DNA of 64,000 nucleotides. Origin: Phycisphaerales bacterium (GTDB lineage Bacteria; Planctomycetota; Phycisphaerae; Phycisphaerales; UBA1924). Under the pieces are notes generated by a model that worked only from the letters and a program-made list of their open reading frames with translations, was not told where the DNA came from and searched no databases. This document shows, piece by piece, positions 1 to 9,536 of the stretch; position 1 is the stretch's first letter, and every line of letters starts with the position of its first letter. Position numbers and translations under genes: made by a program. The stretch is from NCBI GenBank assembly GCA_028279375.1, contig JANQNW010000003.1, positions 117,256-181,255 of the forward strand, written 5' to 3'.

Positions 1-307
1 CGAATCGGGCGGCGGCCTGCACAGAAGCGCGTGCGCCGCTCTGTCACACGCCCTGATTCGGGCTGGAAGCGACTCGCAGCCGACGTTGGCGGCGAGTCGC
101 CGGAGGGAGAGATGAAACGTGACGTCCCTTCGATGCGCTCATGCGATCGACCAGCGCGCGTGCGCGATCAGAGGCTCTCGCAGGGCAGCATGTCCGGGTC
201 CGCCAGTTGGAGCCGCGCGGGACCTACCAAGGTTGCGGCTCCACGTGAGATGTTCGCCGGGCGGATGGGGAGGTTCCGAGAAAATCCGGGGGGACCTCCT
301 CGCAGCG

Positions 308-1330
308 TCAATCGCTGGTCGGAACGGGGGCCTCGCGGAGGATGCGCGAGACGATCTCCTCGCTGTCCACGCCCTCGGCGCTGGCGGCGTAGTTCAGAAC
401 GAGGCGGTGCCTGAGGGCGGCGGGCGCCATGCGCTGCACGTGATGGCGCGCGGGCGCGGGTTCGCCTTCGAGGGCGGCCAGGCAGCGGGCGCCGAGCGCG
501 ATGACCTGCCCGGCGCGCGGGCCGGCGCCCCAGCTGACATAGCGTCGTACGGACTCGGGGCAGAGTTCATCGTCGGGGCGCGTGGCGCGCACGAGGTTGA
601 CGGCGTACTCGACGACGTGGTCGCTGATCGGGATGCGTCCGATGAGCGTGCGGATGGTGTTGAGTTCCGCGGCGTCGAAGAGCGGCTCGATGGTGGACGC
701 AGCGCCGGCGATCGTCTCGGCTTCCGCGACGATGCGCCGCTCTTCGGCGGGCCTGGGATAGTCGATGCGCAGGCCGACCATGAATCGATCGAGCTGCGCT
801 TCGGGCAGGGGATAGGTGCCTTCCTGCTCGATCGGGTTCTGCGTGGCGACGACGATGAATGGCGGCGGCAGTTCGTGCGTGACGCCGGCGACGCTGACCT
901 GGCGCTCAGCCATCGCTTCAAGCAGCGCGGCCTGCGTCTTGGGCGGCGTGCGATTGATCTCATCAGCGAGGATGATGTTGCTGAAGACGGGGCCCTTGCT
1001 GAAACGCATCGCGCGCTCGCCCGTGGCGGGATCGGTCTGGAGGAGTTCGGCGCCGATGATGTCCGAGGGCATCATGTCCGGCGTGAACTGGATGCGCTTG
1101 AAGTCGAGATGCAGCGCCGAGGCGAGGGAGCGCACCATGAGCGTCTTGGCGAGGCCGGGAACACCGACGATGAGCGCGTGGCCCTGACAGAAGAAGGCGA
1201 TGAGGAGCTGCTCGACGACGTCGTGCTGGCCAACGATCGTCTTGCGCAGCTGGTCGTTGAGGGCGGCGTAGCGCGCGGGGAGGGCGTCGATGACGGCGAG
1301 GTCGGAGGTGTCGGCCGGATGAAGAGTCAT
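308..1330 (-). CDS. MoxR-family AAA+ ATPase. The start was moved to an internal ATG (MTLHPADTSD...); the longer frame is an unsupported extension.
   Basis: Walker A GVPGLAKT, Walker B ILLADEINR, and the typical MoxR C-terminal region (VSPRA-like). The reverse-strand ATG at 1330 was checked in the sequence. Confidence 0.85.
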   Translation of the reverse strand: MTLHPADTSDLAVIDALPARYAALNDQLRKTIVGQHDVVEQLLIAFFCQGHALIVGVPGLAKTLMVRSLASALHLDFKRIQFTPDMMPSDIIGAELLQTDPATGERAMRFSKGPVFSNIILADEINRTPPKTQAALLEAMAERQVSVAGVTHELPPPFIVVATQNPIEQEGTYPLPEAQLDRFMVGLRIDYPRPAEERRIVAEAETIAGAASTIEPLFDAAELNTIRTLIGRIPISDHVVEYAVNLVRATRPDDELCPESVRRYVSWGAGPRAGQVIALGARCLAALEGEPAPARHHVQRMAPAALRHRLVLNYAASAEGVDSEEIVSRILREAPVPTSD

Positions 1331-1650
1331 GGCGTCTCGCTTGTTATCGACGTCCGATGATATCGCAGCCATATGCCGCAGACGGGCGACCGTCTGAGAA
1401 TAGACCAGCAAGGCGCATCCTGGTTGCACATGTCGAATACGAGAGCGGACGTTGAGATTCCAATGCAAGGCGGAACCTCGAAGTTCTCATGATTCCGTTC
1501 TTCTCGGACGGTCATGCTCGTTATGCGCAGCGCTGGGCGACCGGAATCCGCTCATGGCTCATCTTCAGGTCCCCGGGACTTTCAAGGGCCGTGCCGCGAG
1601 TCGATGACAGGGGCGAGGAAGAAGCCCACGGGTGTGGGGAGGAGGAGACG

Positions 1651-2142
1651 ATGCCTGTACGCATTGGTGAGGTGATGATTCGCCATGGGCTGCTCACTGA
1701 GGAGCAGGTCGAGCACGTGCTGCGTGAGCAGGAGGCGCGCCATAAGCCCTTTGGGCAGATCGCCGAGGAGCTCTTCGGCCTGACGCCCAAGCAGGTCGAG
1801 AAGGCGTGGGCGCATCAGTACTCGGATATCACGGAGCATGTCGACACGCGCGACGAAGCGGTCGAGCACGATGTGCTGGCGCTCGTCGATCGGCGCCAGG
1901 CGTGGCAGTTCCGGATTCTGCCCTTGCGGCGCGACGGCGCCGAGATCATGGTGGCGACGGTGATCGAGCATCTGCCGCGGGCGATGCGCTTTGCGCTGCG
2001 TCACTTCGAGGAGCCGTGCTACTTCGTGCTGAGCAAGGGCGAGTCGCTCGGCGAGTCGCTGCTCGAGCATTTTCCGATGCAGGGCATGACGCCGGAGTAT
2101 GTGCGCTCGACGGACACACCATTCCCTCAGGAAGCGATCTGA
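1651..2142 (+). CDS. Standalone T2SS-E N-terminal (MshEN-type) domain protein; putative c-di-GMP receptor.
   Basis: A 24-aa motif RIGEVMIRHGLLTEEQVEHVLREQ, a 5-aa spacer, then a second 24-aa motif ending in Q, which is the MshEN architecture. The second half resembles GspE_N. GGAGG RBS lies 6 nt before the ATG at 1651. Confidence 0.6.
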   Translation: MPVRIGEVMIRHGLLTEEQVEHVLREQEARHKPFGQIAEELFGLTPKQVEKAWAHQYSDITEHVDTRDEAVEHDVLALVDRRQAWQFRILPLRRDGAEIMVATVIEHLPRAMRFALRHFEEPCYFVLSKGESLGESLLEHFPMQGMTPEYVRSTDTPFPQEAI

Positions 2143-2154
2143 CAGCGCGACGCG

Positions 2155-3099
2155 TCAGGCGGGCCTGGTCGGAGTCGGGAACTCCCATTCCTCGCCAGGT
2201 GTGTACTCGAGCATGGCATACATGTCGTCGCGCGACTGCATGTGTTCGATGAAGGGCTCCACGTGCCCCTGCTCCTTGAGGGAGAGGAGCAGATCCAGCG
2301 CGTGCTTCATCGCCAGGCGCAGGGTCGGATATGGGTAGATGACGCAGTGGTAGCCCAGTTCCTTGAATCGCGCGAGCGGGATGATGGGCGTCTTTCCGAA
2401 CTCGGTCATGTTGGCGAGCATGTAGGGCCCGCCATCGGGCGCGGGGCCTCCGCCAAGACCTCGGAGGGCGTCTGCGAACTGCTTGAACTCGTCTTCTGAG
2501 GCGAGGCCTTCGGGGAAGATCATGTCGGCGCCGGCGTCCGTGACGTAGGACTTTGCTCGATCGATCGCGGCGTCGAGCCCATCTACGCTTCGGGCGTCCG
2601 TTCGTGCGCAGACGATGAACGAGCCGCGCTTGCCGTGACCATCGATGGCGTCTCGCGCCTTCGAGGCTCGCGCGACCTTCTCGACCATGTGATCAACGGG
2701 GACGAGCGCTTTGCCGGCGAGGTGGCCGCAGCGCTTAGGGAAAACCTGGTCTTCGAGATGGCATCCCGCGGCGCCGGCACGGCTGTACTCCCAGATGACG
2801 CGCGTGACCATTTCGCCTTCGCCGAAGCCGGTGTCGGCGTCTGCGATGAGCGGCAGGCCGGAGCTGTCGGCGACAGTCCGAATTACTCGGGTGAATGTCT
2901 CGAGAGAGGCGATGCCCAGGTCGGGCACGCCGGAGGTCATCGAGACGGCGCCGCCGGAGACGTAGCAGCCCTGAAAGCCGGTCTGGGCGACGGCACGGGC
3001 AATCATGCCGTCGTAGGCGCCGGGGAGCGCGATGCAGTCCTTATCCATGAGAGCCCTGAGAAGGGCGCCTGGCGCGAGGTCCGAAGAAGGCGTGGTCAT
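2155..3099 (-). CDS. prpB: 2-methylisocitrate lyase / PEP-mutase family enzyme (isocitrate lyase superfamily).
   Basis: Signature KRCGHLAGK, plus the catalytic D-rich segments of the ICL/PEPM fold. Confidence 0.7.
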   Translation of the reverse strand: MTTPSSDLAPGALLRALMDKDCIALPGAYDGMIARAVAQTGFQGCYVSGGAVSMTSGVPDLGIASLETFTRVIRTVADSSGLPLIADADTGFGEGEMVTRVIWEYSRAGAAGCHLEDQVFPKRCGHLAGKALVPVDHMVEKVARASKARDAIDGHGKRGSFIVCARTDARSVDGLDAAIDRAKSYVTDAGADMIFPEGLASEDEFKQFADALRGLGGGPAPDGGPYMLANMTEFGKTPIIPLARFKELGYHCVIYPYPTLRLAMKHALDLLLSLKEQGHVEPFIEHMQSRDDMYAMLEYTPGEEWEFPTPTRPA

Positions 3100-3366
3100 G
3101 AATCCATTCTATGGATCGGCGTCGCGCGTGCTTTGCGGGGCGATGGCGTTCTCGGACGCGGCGCGGCGCAGGCGTCACGAGCCGAGCAACTCGCGGATGC
3201 GGCGCTTGTGCGCGACATGTCGCACGCTGAACGCGCACGCAGATCGATCGCGTGATCCGGTTGCTGACACGTCCCGGTGAGGCAGACTCCGAGTGCAGGA
3301 GCGATCGGTCGCACGCCGGTCGTCTCCACACAGGGACAACGACAGACACAGGGAGTCACGGGACAT

Positions 3367-4131
3367 ATGAAGCTCACTCGCAACAGCATCGCCGCACTGA
3401 CGCTCGGTTTCGCCGCTTGCGCTGGCGCATCGGCCGACACCTTCCTCTGGACGTGGGAACGTGGCGACACGCGTGTCAATGACCGTGGCGGCACATTCAA
3501 GTCGCTCATGGCGCACTGGAATCCGATGACCGAGGTGCTCGACTTCGAGGTCGTCTTCAGCGATCAGTGGACCGAGGGCTTCACCGTCGCGATCAATGAC
3601 GGTCCCAATCCCAAGGGGCAGCGCGACGAGCTGGCGCTCCTCTACTTCGACGCGAGCGACTTTGACAACCCGACGGTTAGCGCGTACGAGTACAACGGCA
3701 AGAACTCGAACACGAGTTACAAGGACGGCGACGGCAATATCGGCGGCAATCAGACCCCCGGGCGTATCGAGCCCGCTGGCGGCTCGTGGATCCTTGATAT
3801 CGACGCGTTCGACATGGACGGGATGCGCACGCTGAGCTTCAGCGTGGACGCTTCCGGCATTCAGAACTACAGCGGCGGCTCGAACTGGTCGGGCGTCGCA
3901 TTCAACGAACTGTTCGGCATCTGGTTGCACCCCGTCAAGGGCCTGACGACGGAGTACAACGACGACGGCTTCCTCACGAAGTGGCAGCGCTCGAAAGAGG
4001 GCTGGCTCGACGCGAGCAACCTCGACGCGGAGCGTATCCCGATGCCGCCCCCGGTACCCCTCCCGACTGGTGCTGGACTTGGCGCCGCGGGACTCATGCT
4101 GCTCGGCGCTCGGAGGCGCCGAAGTGCCTAA
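3367..4131 (+). CDS. Secreted protein with an N-terminal signal peptide and a PEP-CTERM-like C-terminal sorting tail (VPLPTGAGLGAAGLMLLGARRRRSA).
   Basis: Signal peptide MKLTRNSIAALTLGFAACAGASA. The C-terminus is a Pro motif, then a hydrophobic span, then an Arg cluster. The ATG at 3367 was verified. Confidence 0.6.
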   Translation: MKLTRNSIAALTLGFAACAGASADTFLWTWERGDTRVNDRGGTFKSLMAHWNPMTEVLDFEVVFSDQWTEGFTVAINDGPNPKGQRDELALLYFDASDFDNPTVSAYEYNGKNSNTSYKDGDGNIGGNQTPGRIEPAGGSWILDIDAFDMDGMRTLSFSVDASGIQNYSGGSNWSGVAFNELFGIWLHPVKGLTTEYNDDGFLTKWQRSKEGWLDASNLDAERIPMPPPVPLPTGAGLGAAGLMLLGARRRRSA

Positions 4132-4159
4132 GGAGTGAGACTCTCCACTGCCTTACGAG

Positions 4160-4192
4160 AAACGGGCCCCTTGGCGGGAGGCCCGTTTTTCT
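4160..4192 (+). terminator. Rho-independent terminator between convergent genes.
   Basis: Stem AACGGGCC...GGCCCGTT followed by TTTTTC. Confidence 0.5.
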
Positions 4193-4727
4193 ATGCGCTG
4201 ACCGGTTGCTCAGCGAAGTGGCGGATGAGCTGGCTGATGCGCGCGAGGTGATAGTCGTCGTGGTCGGCGTGGAAGATGCAGGAATCCACAAGGCGCATCG
4301 GCTGGTCAAGGCGCGGGTGGTGGGCGCACATGGCGAATCCGGCGGTGTCGAGCGCTTCGAGGCGCGAAATCAGTTCCATGCGCGTGCGGCGGAAGTCGGC
4401 CAGCAGCTCGGCGGCGTCGCGCGAGTTGTGATCGGCGTCGTGCGTCTTCTGGTTGGTGACGTCTGCAGCACGAAGATGCGCGTCGCCGGCGAGGAAGTCA
4501 TCGAGACGCCCTGTGAAGAGTTCTTCAAGATCGATCAGGTGCCCGATGTTCTCGAGGATGGACCAGGTGTCGCCATCGCGCCGGCGCAGCGTCTCATCCG
4601 GGAGGTCGCGCACGAGTTCTTCGACGCGCGCGGGTGTGCCGCGGAGACGCTCCAGGATGTCCGGGTATTTCTCAGCTGGGACATCGAAGGTGTAAGTGCG
4701 TTCGAACCAGGGATAGGGCTGGGGCAT
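4191..4727 (-). CDS. DinB/YfiT-like metal-dependent hydrolase/transferase superfamily protein.
   Basis: Conserved His-rich four-helix-bundle motifs (HLIDLEE, HADHDDYH). Confidence 0.65.
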   Translation of the reverse strand: MPQPYPWFERTYTFDVPAEKYPDILERLRGTPARVEELVRDLPDETLRRRDGDTWSILENIGHLIDLEELFTGRLDDFLAGDAHLRAADVTNQKTHDADHNSRDAAELLADFRRTRMELISRLEALDTAGFAMCAHHPRLDQPMRLVDSCIFHADHDDYHLARISQLIRHFAEQPVSA

Positions 4728-4844
4728 TCTTCGGTCCTCCTGACGCGATGAGCCGATGAACTGGGAGAGCCGGGCGACCTGCGAGGAATGGTAGGGGGCG
4801 TGCCCGGACGTTGTTGAAACTGCAGGAGACGCGGGCCCAACAAG

Positions 4845-5369
4845 ATGCTGGCCATGAAAAACGTGCGCTCACGAGTCAATCTGATTGCGACGCTCGTCAC
4901 GTGGATGTTCATCCTGGGATCGCTGGGCAGCCTGCTGTATCTCGGTGAGACGCGCGTGTCGGGCTCCACGAGCTACATCCTGTCGGCGAAGGTTGACGAC
5001 GGGACGTTGTATGACGGCTTCGGTCTGACGTATCGCGGAACTCCCGGAACTTTTCTGCTTTGGGGACAGTTCGCGATCGTCGCCGCGTCCGGTGTGCTGA
5101 GCACGTTGCGATTGAAGCGCGCAAGACGCATCGGTCACATCGCGCTCATCGCCTGGTCGGCGTTATGGACGGCGAATTACCTCTGGATTGGAATGAACGT
5201 TCCAATGCTCTGGATCTGGGCGACCGGCGTGATGCACGTGTTCATCCTGCTTTGTGTGATGACGCGTGCGGGAATGGGATGGACCCCGAAACCGAAGGGG
5301 CCTGCTGGGGGTAAGACAGAAGAGGTCGCGAACGCCTCACTATCCGGGGGCGTTGCTGAGACTGAGTAG
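4845..5369 (+). CDS. Small polytopic membrane protein (paralog A).
   Basis: Four predicted TM helices. Shares IALIAWSALW with the next ORF. Confidence 0.5.
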   Translation: MLAMKNVRSRVNLIATLVTWMFILGSLGSLLYLGETRVSGSTSYILSAKVDDGTLYDGFGLTYRGTPGTFLLWGQFAIVAASGVLSTLRLKRARRIGHIALIAWSALWTANYLWIGMNVPMLWIWATGVMHVFILLCVMTRAGMGWTPKPKGPAGGKTEEVANASLSGGVAETE

Positions 5370-5375
5370 GGCGAC

Positions 5376-5897
5376 GTGATGGGAACTCAAATACAAGAAG
5401 AGATTGGCGGACGGACGTGCGCGTTGGTCTGCCGTGTGTGCACGATCGGGGCCTGGACATTCGGGCTCGTGAGCGCCGGCATCGTCGCGACATTCGGGGC
5501 GATTCGCCTGTTTGGCCCGGACGGCGTGAGCGCCGTATTCGGAGCGGGCGAATATGCGCGTGGCGCCGGATTGTGCCTGACCTATACGAACTGGGAAGGC
5601 GGCGCGCAGGGCATTATTCAGGCGACGCTCGTGCTGATGGCGCTCGTACTGAGCCTGTCTGAGCACATTGGCGTGCGACGGCTCGGGTTGATCGGCTTGC
5701 TTCTCTGGAGCGCGCTGTGGCTGGGCGAAGCCATGTGGCACGTCGTCGGCAGCACGACAGGCGGGCTCGTGATTCCGCTGCTGATCGCCGCGCTGTTGAT
5801 GACGACGTATCGGGCGGTGCGGCGCTGGGGATGGCGGGGAGAGCGCCCCGTTTCCGTCGCGCAGCGGGCGCTTCGGGGGCGTCGCGTCTCGATGTGA
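5376..5897 (+). CDS. Small polytopic membrane protein (paralog B; tandem duplicate of 4845..5369).
   Basis: Similar TM layout; shares LLLWSALWLGEAMW with paralog A. Confidence 0.5.
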   Translation: MMGTQIQEEIGGRTCALVCRVCTIGAWTFGLVSAGIVATFGAIRLFGPDGVSAVFGAGEYARGAGLCLTYTNWEGGAQGIIQATLVLMALVLSLSEHIGVRRLGLIGLLLWSALWLGEAMWHVVGSTTGGLVIPLLIAALLMTTYRAVRRWGWRGERPVSVAQRALRGRRVSM

Positions 5898-6319
5898 GAA
5901 GGCAATCCTCAACCTTCGTCGAACAGGTCGGTAGAGAATTGCGAACGGATTGTGGGGCAGACCGGCGCGGCGTTTTGCGAGGACACGCGCTGGTGAGCTT
6001 CTCGGACGCCGAGAGAGCGTGACTCGGCCATCCAGGCGCAGATTGTTGCGCCGCCGGCGGTTTATTGCTCGCCGCGATTGGGAAGGGCTAGATCGGGATT
6101 TCGATTCATCTGCGTTGATGCGCCTTTGAGGCGAATCGTCTCGCGTTCATTCGTGGGCGGATCCGCATTCCGACATCACACGCAATCCTGCCATGGCGTC
6201 AGGATTCAGACACAGACACAACACGGATGATGACGACGCATGGACGCGGCGCCTGCCTTGTCTGCGCAATCTCACACCGTCTTCACAAACCAATCTCACA
6301 CATCCCTCGATGTGTTGAA

Positions 6320-6359
6320 GGGCACGACCTCGCGAGGAGAGCCGTGCCCTTCTTTTATT
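6320..6359 (+). terminator. Orphan intrinsic terminator-like hairpin with a T-tract.
   Basis: GGGCACG...CGTGCCC stem followed by TTCTTTTATT. No plus-strand CDS ends nearby. Confidence 0.45.
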
Positions 6360-6383
6360 GGCGTCGAGATGTCGTGCGTGGGC

Positions 6384-7997
6384 TTACTCGAAGTCGCTGC
6401 GCGTGGCGATCTCGAAGTCGTTCATATTGGCGACGTCGTTTCGGTCCTTGAAGGGCAGGCCCTGGATGCGATCGAGCAGCGCGTCGGCGTTGTCGGATGC
6501 GAGGTTCGCCAGCAGGCGGAACTTGTGCTGGAGGATGTCCTCGAGATCGGCGGTCGTGTTGCGCGCGTGGCCGGCGGGGTACATGACAAAGCCGGAGTCG
6601 TGTTCGGCGCCGGAGGCGTCCGTAATCGTAAGAGATGTCGGTATGCCATCTGGATAGGCCTTGTCGTACTCGGCGCCGCCATGTTCGAAGGTGATCCTCT
6701 GCATGAGGCCGCGGCTCTTCTCGTGGAAGATGGCGTCGTTGTGATAGTCGTAGGGGCTGAGCATGAGCGCCTTCCAGATCTCGTCGTTGGCGCCGCCGCC
6801 TGCCGGGAGCGATCCCTTGGCGTTGTGCAGCTCGAGCGCCTTGCGCAGGAGCGTGGCGACGATGTAGGCCATCGAGTGATCGGCGGACTGGCGCGTGCGC
6901 GGGTCCATCTTCATCGGATTGCCGATGATGCCGAAGGCCGGCTCGTAGGCGAGGATGTTGATGCGCTGGATGTTGGCGCCGTCGATGTCCTTGAGCAGTT
7001 CGGGGTTCTTCGCGCAGAGATCGATGATCGCCTGCAGTGCGCCTGCGGACTGGTGCTCATAGAGGCCGAGCTTGAAGTGCATGCCCATGACGCCGAAGTC
7101 GTCGCCGGAGTGCGTGAGCACGAGGTCGAAGGGGCTCGGCGCCATCTCGGTCCAGCGCTTGTCGCCTGAGGAAGTCGGCTCGAAGAAGCGCCAGATGGCT
7201 TCCGGGTTGCGGAAGATGTCCTTGGGACCGATGAAGCCGCGCATCGAGCGGAGCATGCTGAGGACGGCCACCTCGGTGCTGATCGCGGCCGAAGCGCCCT
7301 TGGAATCGGAAAGCTGCTTGCCGGCGCGAATGGCGCGCCATGGGACGTAGTGCGCCACGACCATGCCGATCGCGGATTCGATCTGCTCGGCGGTCGCGCC
7401 CATCATCGCGCCGAACGCCGCGGCTGATCCGATGGCGCCGTGGACGACGTGGTCGATCTTGTACGTCTTGAGGCTGAAGACGGAGGCGAGGCGATCGCGG
7501 ATCTCATCGATGAGGATCATGCCGCGCAGCGCCGCGTTACCGTCGAGCCCGCGCAGCTGCGCCGCGGCGATCGCGACGGGATAAAAGTCGTTGTGACCGA
7601 ATTCGCCGGCGGTGTGACCCAGCGCGGGGTTGTATCCGAAGTTGGTGCCGTTGGAGTCCCACTCGCGCACGGCTGAGCTGTTGGCGACGATCGCCTTCTC
7701 GGGATGCAGCTTCACGTTGGAGCCGAACATCGTGGCGCCTGGCTGACCTTCGCGCGAGGCGTAGTCGATCGCCTCCTGGCGGAGGATGTTGGGCGCGTTG
7801 GCGCCGAGCGCGATGGCGGAGAGGCCGCAGAGGACGGCGTCCGTATGGAACATCTCGGTGCGCTTGAGGACTGCCTCAGAAGGATCGCCGATGACGCCGT
7901 TCATGAAGTCGATGGCGAACTCGGCGATCCCAAGCGCCTGATTGGAGTCGGCGGCAAGGGTGACGGTTGTGTCGGCGTGGGTGGCTGAAGCGCTCAT
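6384..7997 (-). CDS. prpD: MmgE/PrpD family protein (2-methylcitrate dehydratase-like).
   Basis: 537-aa protein with the MmgE/PrpD two-domain layout, on the same strand as the nearby prpB-like gene. Confidence 0.75.
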   Translation of the reverse strand: MSASATHADTTVTLAADSNQALGIAEFAIDFMNGVIGDPSEAVLKRTEMFHTDAVLCGLSAIALGANAPNILRQEAIDYASREGQPGATMFGSNVKLHPEKAIVANSSAVREWDSNGTNFGYNPALGHTAGEFGHNDFYPVAIAAAQLRGLDGNAALRGMILIDEIRDRLASVFSLKTYKIDHVVHGAIGSAAAFGAMMGATAEQIESAIGMVVAHYVPWRAIRAGKQLSDSKGASAAISTEVAVLSMLRSMRGFIGPKDIFRNPEAIWRFFEPTSSGDKRWTEMAPSPFDLVLTHSGDDFGVMGMHFKLGLYEHQSAGALQAIIDLCAKNPELLKDIDGANIQRINILAYEPAFGIIGNPMKMDPRTRQSADHSMAYIVATLLRKALELHNAKGSLPAGGGANDEIWKALMLSPYDYHNDAIFHEKSRGLMQRITFEHGGAEYDKAYPDGIPTSLTITDASGAEHDSGFVMYPAGHARNTTADLEDILQHKFRLLANLASDNADALLDRIQGLPFKDRNDVANMNDFEIATRSDFE

Positions 7998-8299
7998 TGA
8001 TTGATGCGTCCCTGGATCGGAGATTGGAGTTGTTCAACGCGCGAATGCGGGGGAGAGAAGGTAGCGGATGCGCCGGGAGCGGGTGTCCCGAGCGATGTTC
8101 GCCCTGCTCTCGGGCCCCCTGAGGACGCTACTATACGGGTCCCGACGAGGCCGCCGCGCGTGTCGCGAGCCTCCGGGAGGTCAGCCCGCCCGTCTCCGGG
8201 CGTCGCCGTCCGTCGTGAGCGAAACCAGCAACTGATCAGCGTGCCAGGAGCATTTGGCTCAGCGCTGCTCGTCCCTCGTCCGCCTGAAGGAGTCCATCG

Positions 8300-9481
8300 A
8301 TGTCCGCCGATCGTCAGCCCGTCATCGTCAGCGCCAAGCGCACGCCCATTGGTCGTTTCTTCGGCTCCTACAGCCGCACCAAGGCGACGACGCTCGGCGC
8401 CTTCGCCGTGGACGCGGTGCTGAAGGACGAGCCGAAGCTTCGCGACGATGTCGAGGAAGTGATCATGGGCAACGTGCTGCAGGCGGGGTTGGGTCAGAAC
8501 CCGGCGCGCCAGGCGGCGCTCAACGGCGGCCTGCCGACGACGATGCCGTGCTACACCGTCAACAAGGTGTGCGGCTCGGGTCTGAAGTCCGTCATGCTCG
8601 CGGCGCAGGCGATCAAGGCGGGTGATCACAAGACGATCATCGCCGGCGGCCTCGAGAACATGACGCTCGCTCCGCACTTTGCGCATGTTCGCGCCGGCGC
8701 CAAGTTCGGCAACGTCGAACTGACGGACCACATGATGGCCGACGGCCTGACGTGCGCTTTCGAGAACTGGGGCATGGGCAACGCGGCGGAGTGGATCGCC
8801 GATGAGCACGACGTGAGCCGCGAGGAGCAGGATCGCTTCAGTGTGCAGAGCCACCAACGCGCCGCTGAAGCAACCGAGAAGGGTTACTTCGCAAATGAGC
8901 TGTGCGAGATCGACGCGAAGGCGATCAAGCAGAAGCAGACGATCACGCAGGATGAGGGCTTCCGCGCCGACTCGAGCATGGAGGCGCTGGCGAAGCTGCG
9001 TCCCGCGTTCACCAAGGAAGGCTCCGTGACGGCCGGCAACGCGAGCCAGATCTCAGATGGCGCGGCGGCCGTGGGCGTGACAAGCGCTGCGCGGGCGGAG
9101 GAGCTGGGCATGCAGCCCTTGGCGAAGATCAGCGGCTACTTCACATCCGGCGTCGATCCGAAGGAGATCTTCACGGCGCCCTCATTCGCAGTTGCGGAGC
9201 TCCTGCGCAAGGCGGAGCTGGGCGTGGGCGACATCGACCTCTTCGAGATCAACGAAGCATTCGCAGCGCAGGCGCTGCAGAATGCGCGCAAGCTCGAGAT
9301 CCCCGAGGACAAGCTCAACATCTGCGGCGGCGGCATCGCCCTGGGCCACCCGATCGGCGCGAGCGGCGCCCGCGTGCTCGTGACGCTGGTGCATCAGATG
9401 ATCCGCACGGACGCGAAGCGCGGCGTTGTGTCGCTGTGTCTTGGCGGCGGGAATGCGGTTGCGATGTTGATTGAGCGGTAG
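8300..9481 (+). CDS. Acetyl-CoA C-acetyltransferase (thiolase II).
   Basis: Thiolase motifs NKVCGSGLK (active Cys), the C-terminal GNASQISDGAAAV, and CLGGGNAVAMLIE. Confidence 0.9.
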   Translation: MSADRQPVIVSAKRTPIGRFFGSYSRTKATTLGAFAVDAVLKDEPKLRDDVEEVIMGNVLQAGLGQNPARQAALNGGLPTTMPCYTVNKVCGSGLKSVMLAAQAIKAGDHKTIIAGGLENMTLAPHFAHVRAGAKFGNVELTDHMMADGLTCAFENWGMGNAAEWIADEHDVSREEQDRFSVQSHQRAAEATEKGYFANELCEIDAKAIKQKQTITQDEGFRADSSMEALAKLRPAFTKEGSVTAGNASQISDGAAAVGVTSAARAEELGMQPLAKISGYFTSGVDPKEIFTAPSFAVAELLRKAELGVGDIDLFEINEAFAAQALQNARKLEIPEDKLNICGGGIALGHPIGASGARVLVTLVHQMIRTDAKRGVVSLCLGGGNAVAMLIER

Positions 9482-9536
9482 TTTTTCGTCTGGCGAGTGC
9501 AAGAACTAGGGCTTGTCTGACAAGGTGCGTCCGAGC

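Noticed and set aside
119-1360. 413-aa plus-strand ORF
   Set aside because: It is entirely antisense to the well-supported MoxR ATPase gene. It has Arg/Gly/Ala-rich composition typical of shadow ORFs in high-GC DNA and matches no family.
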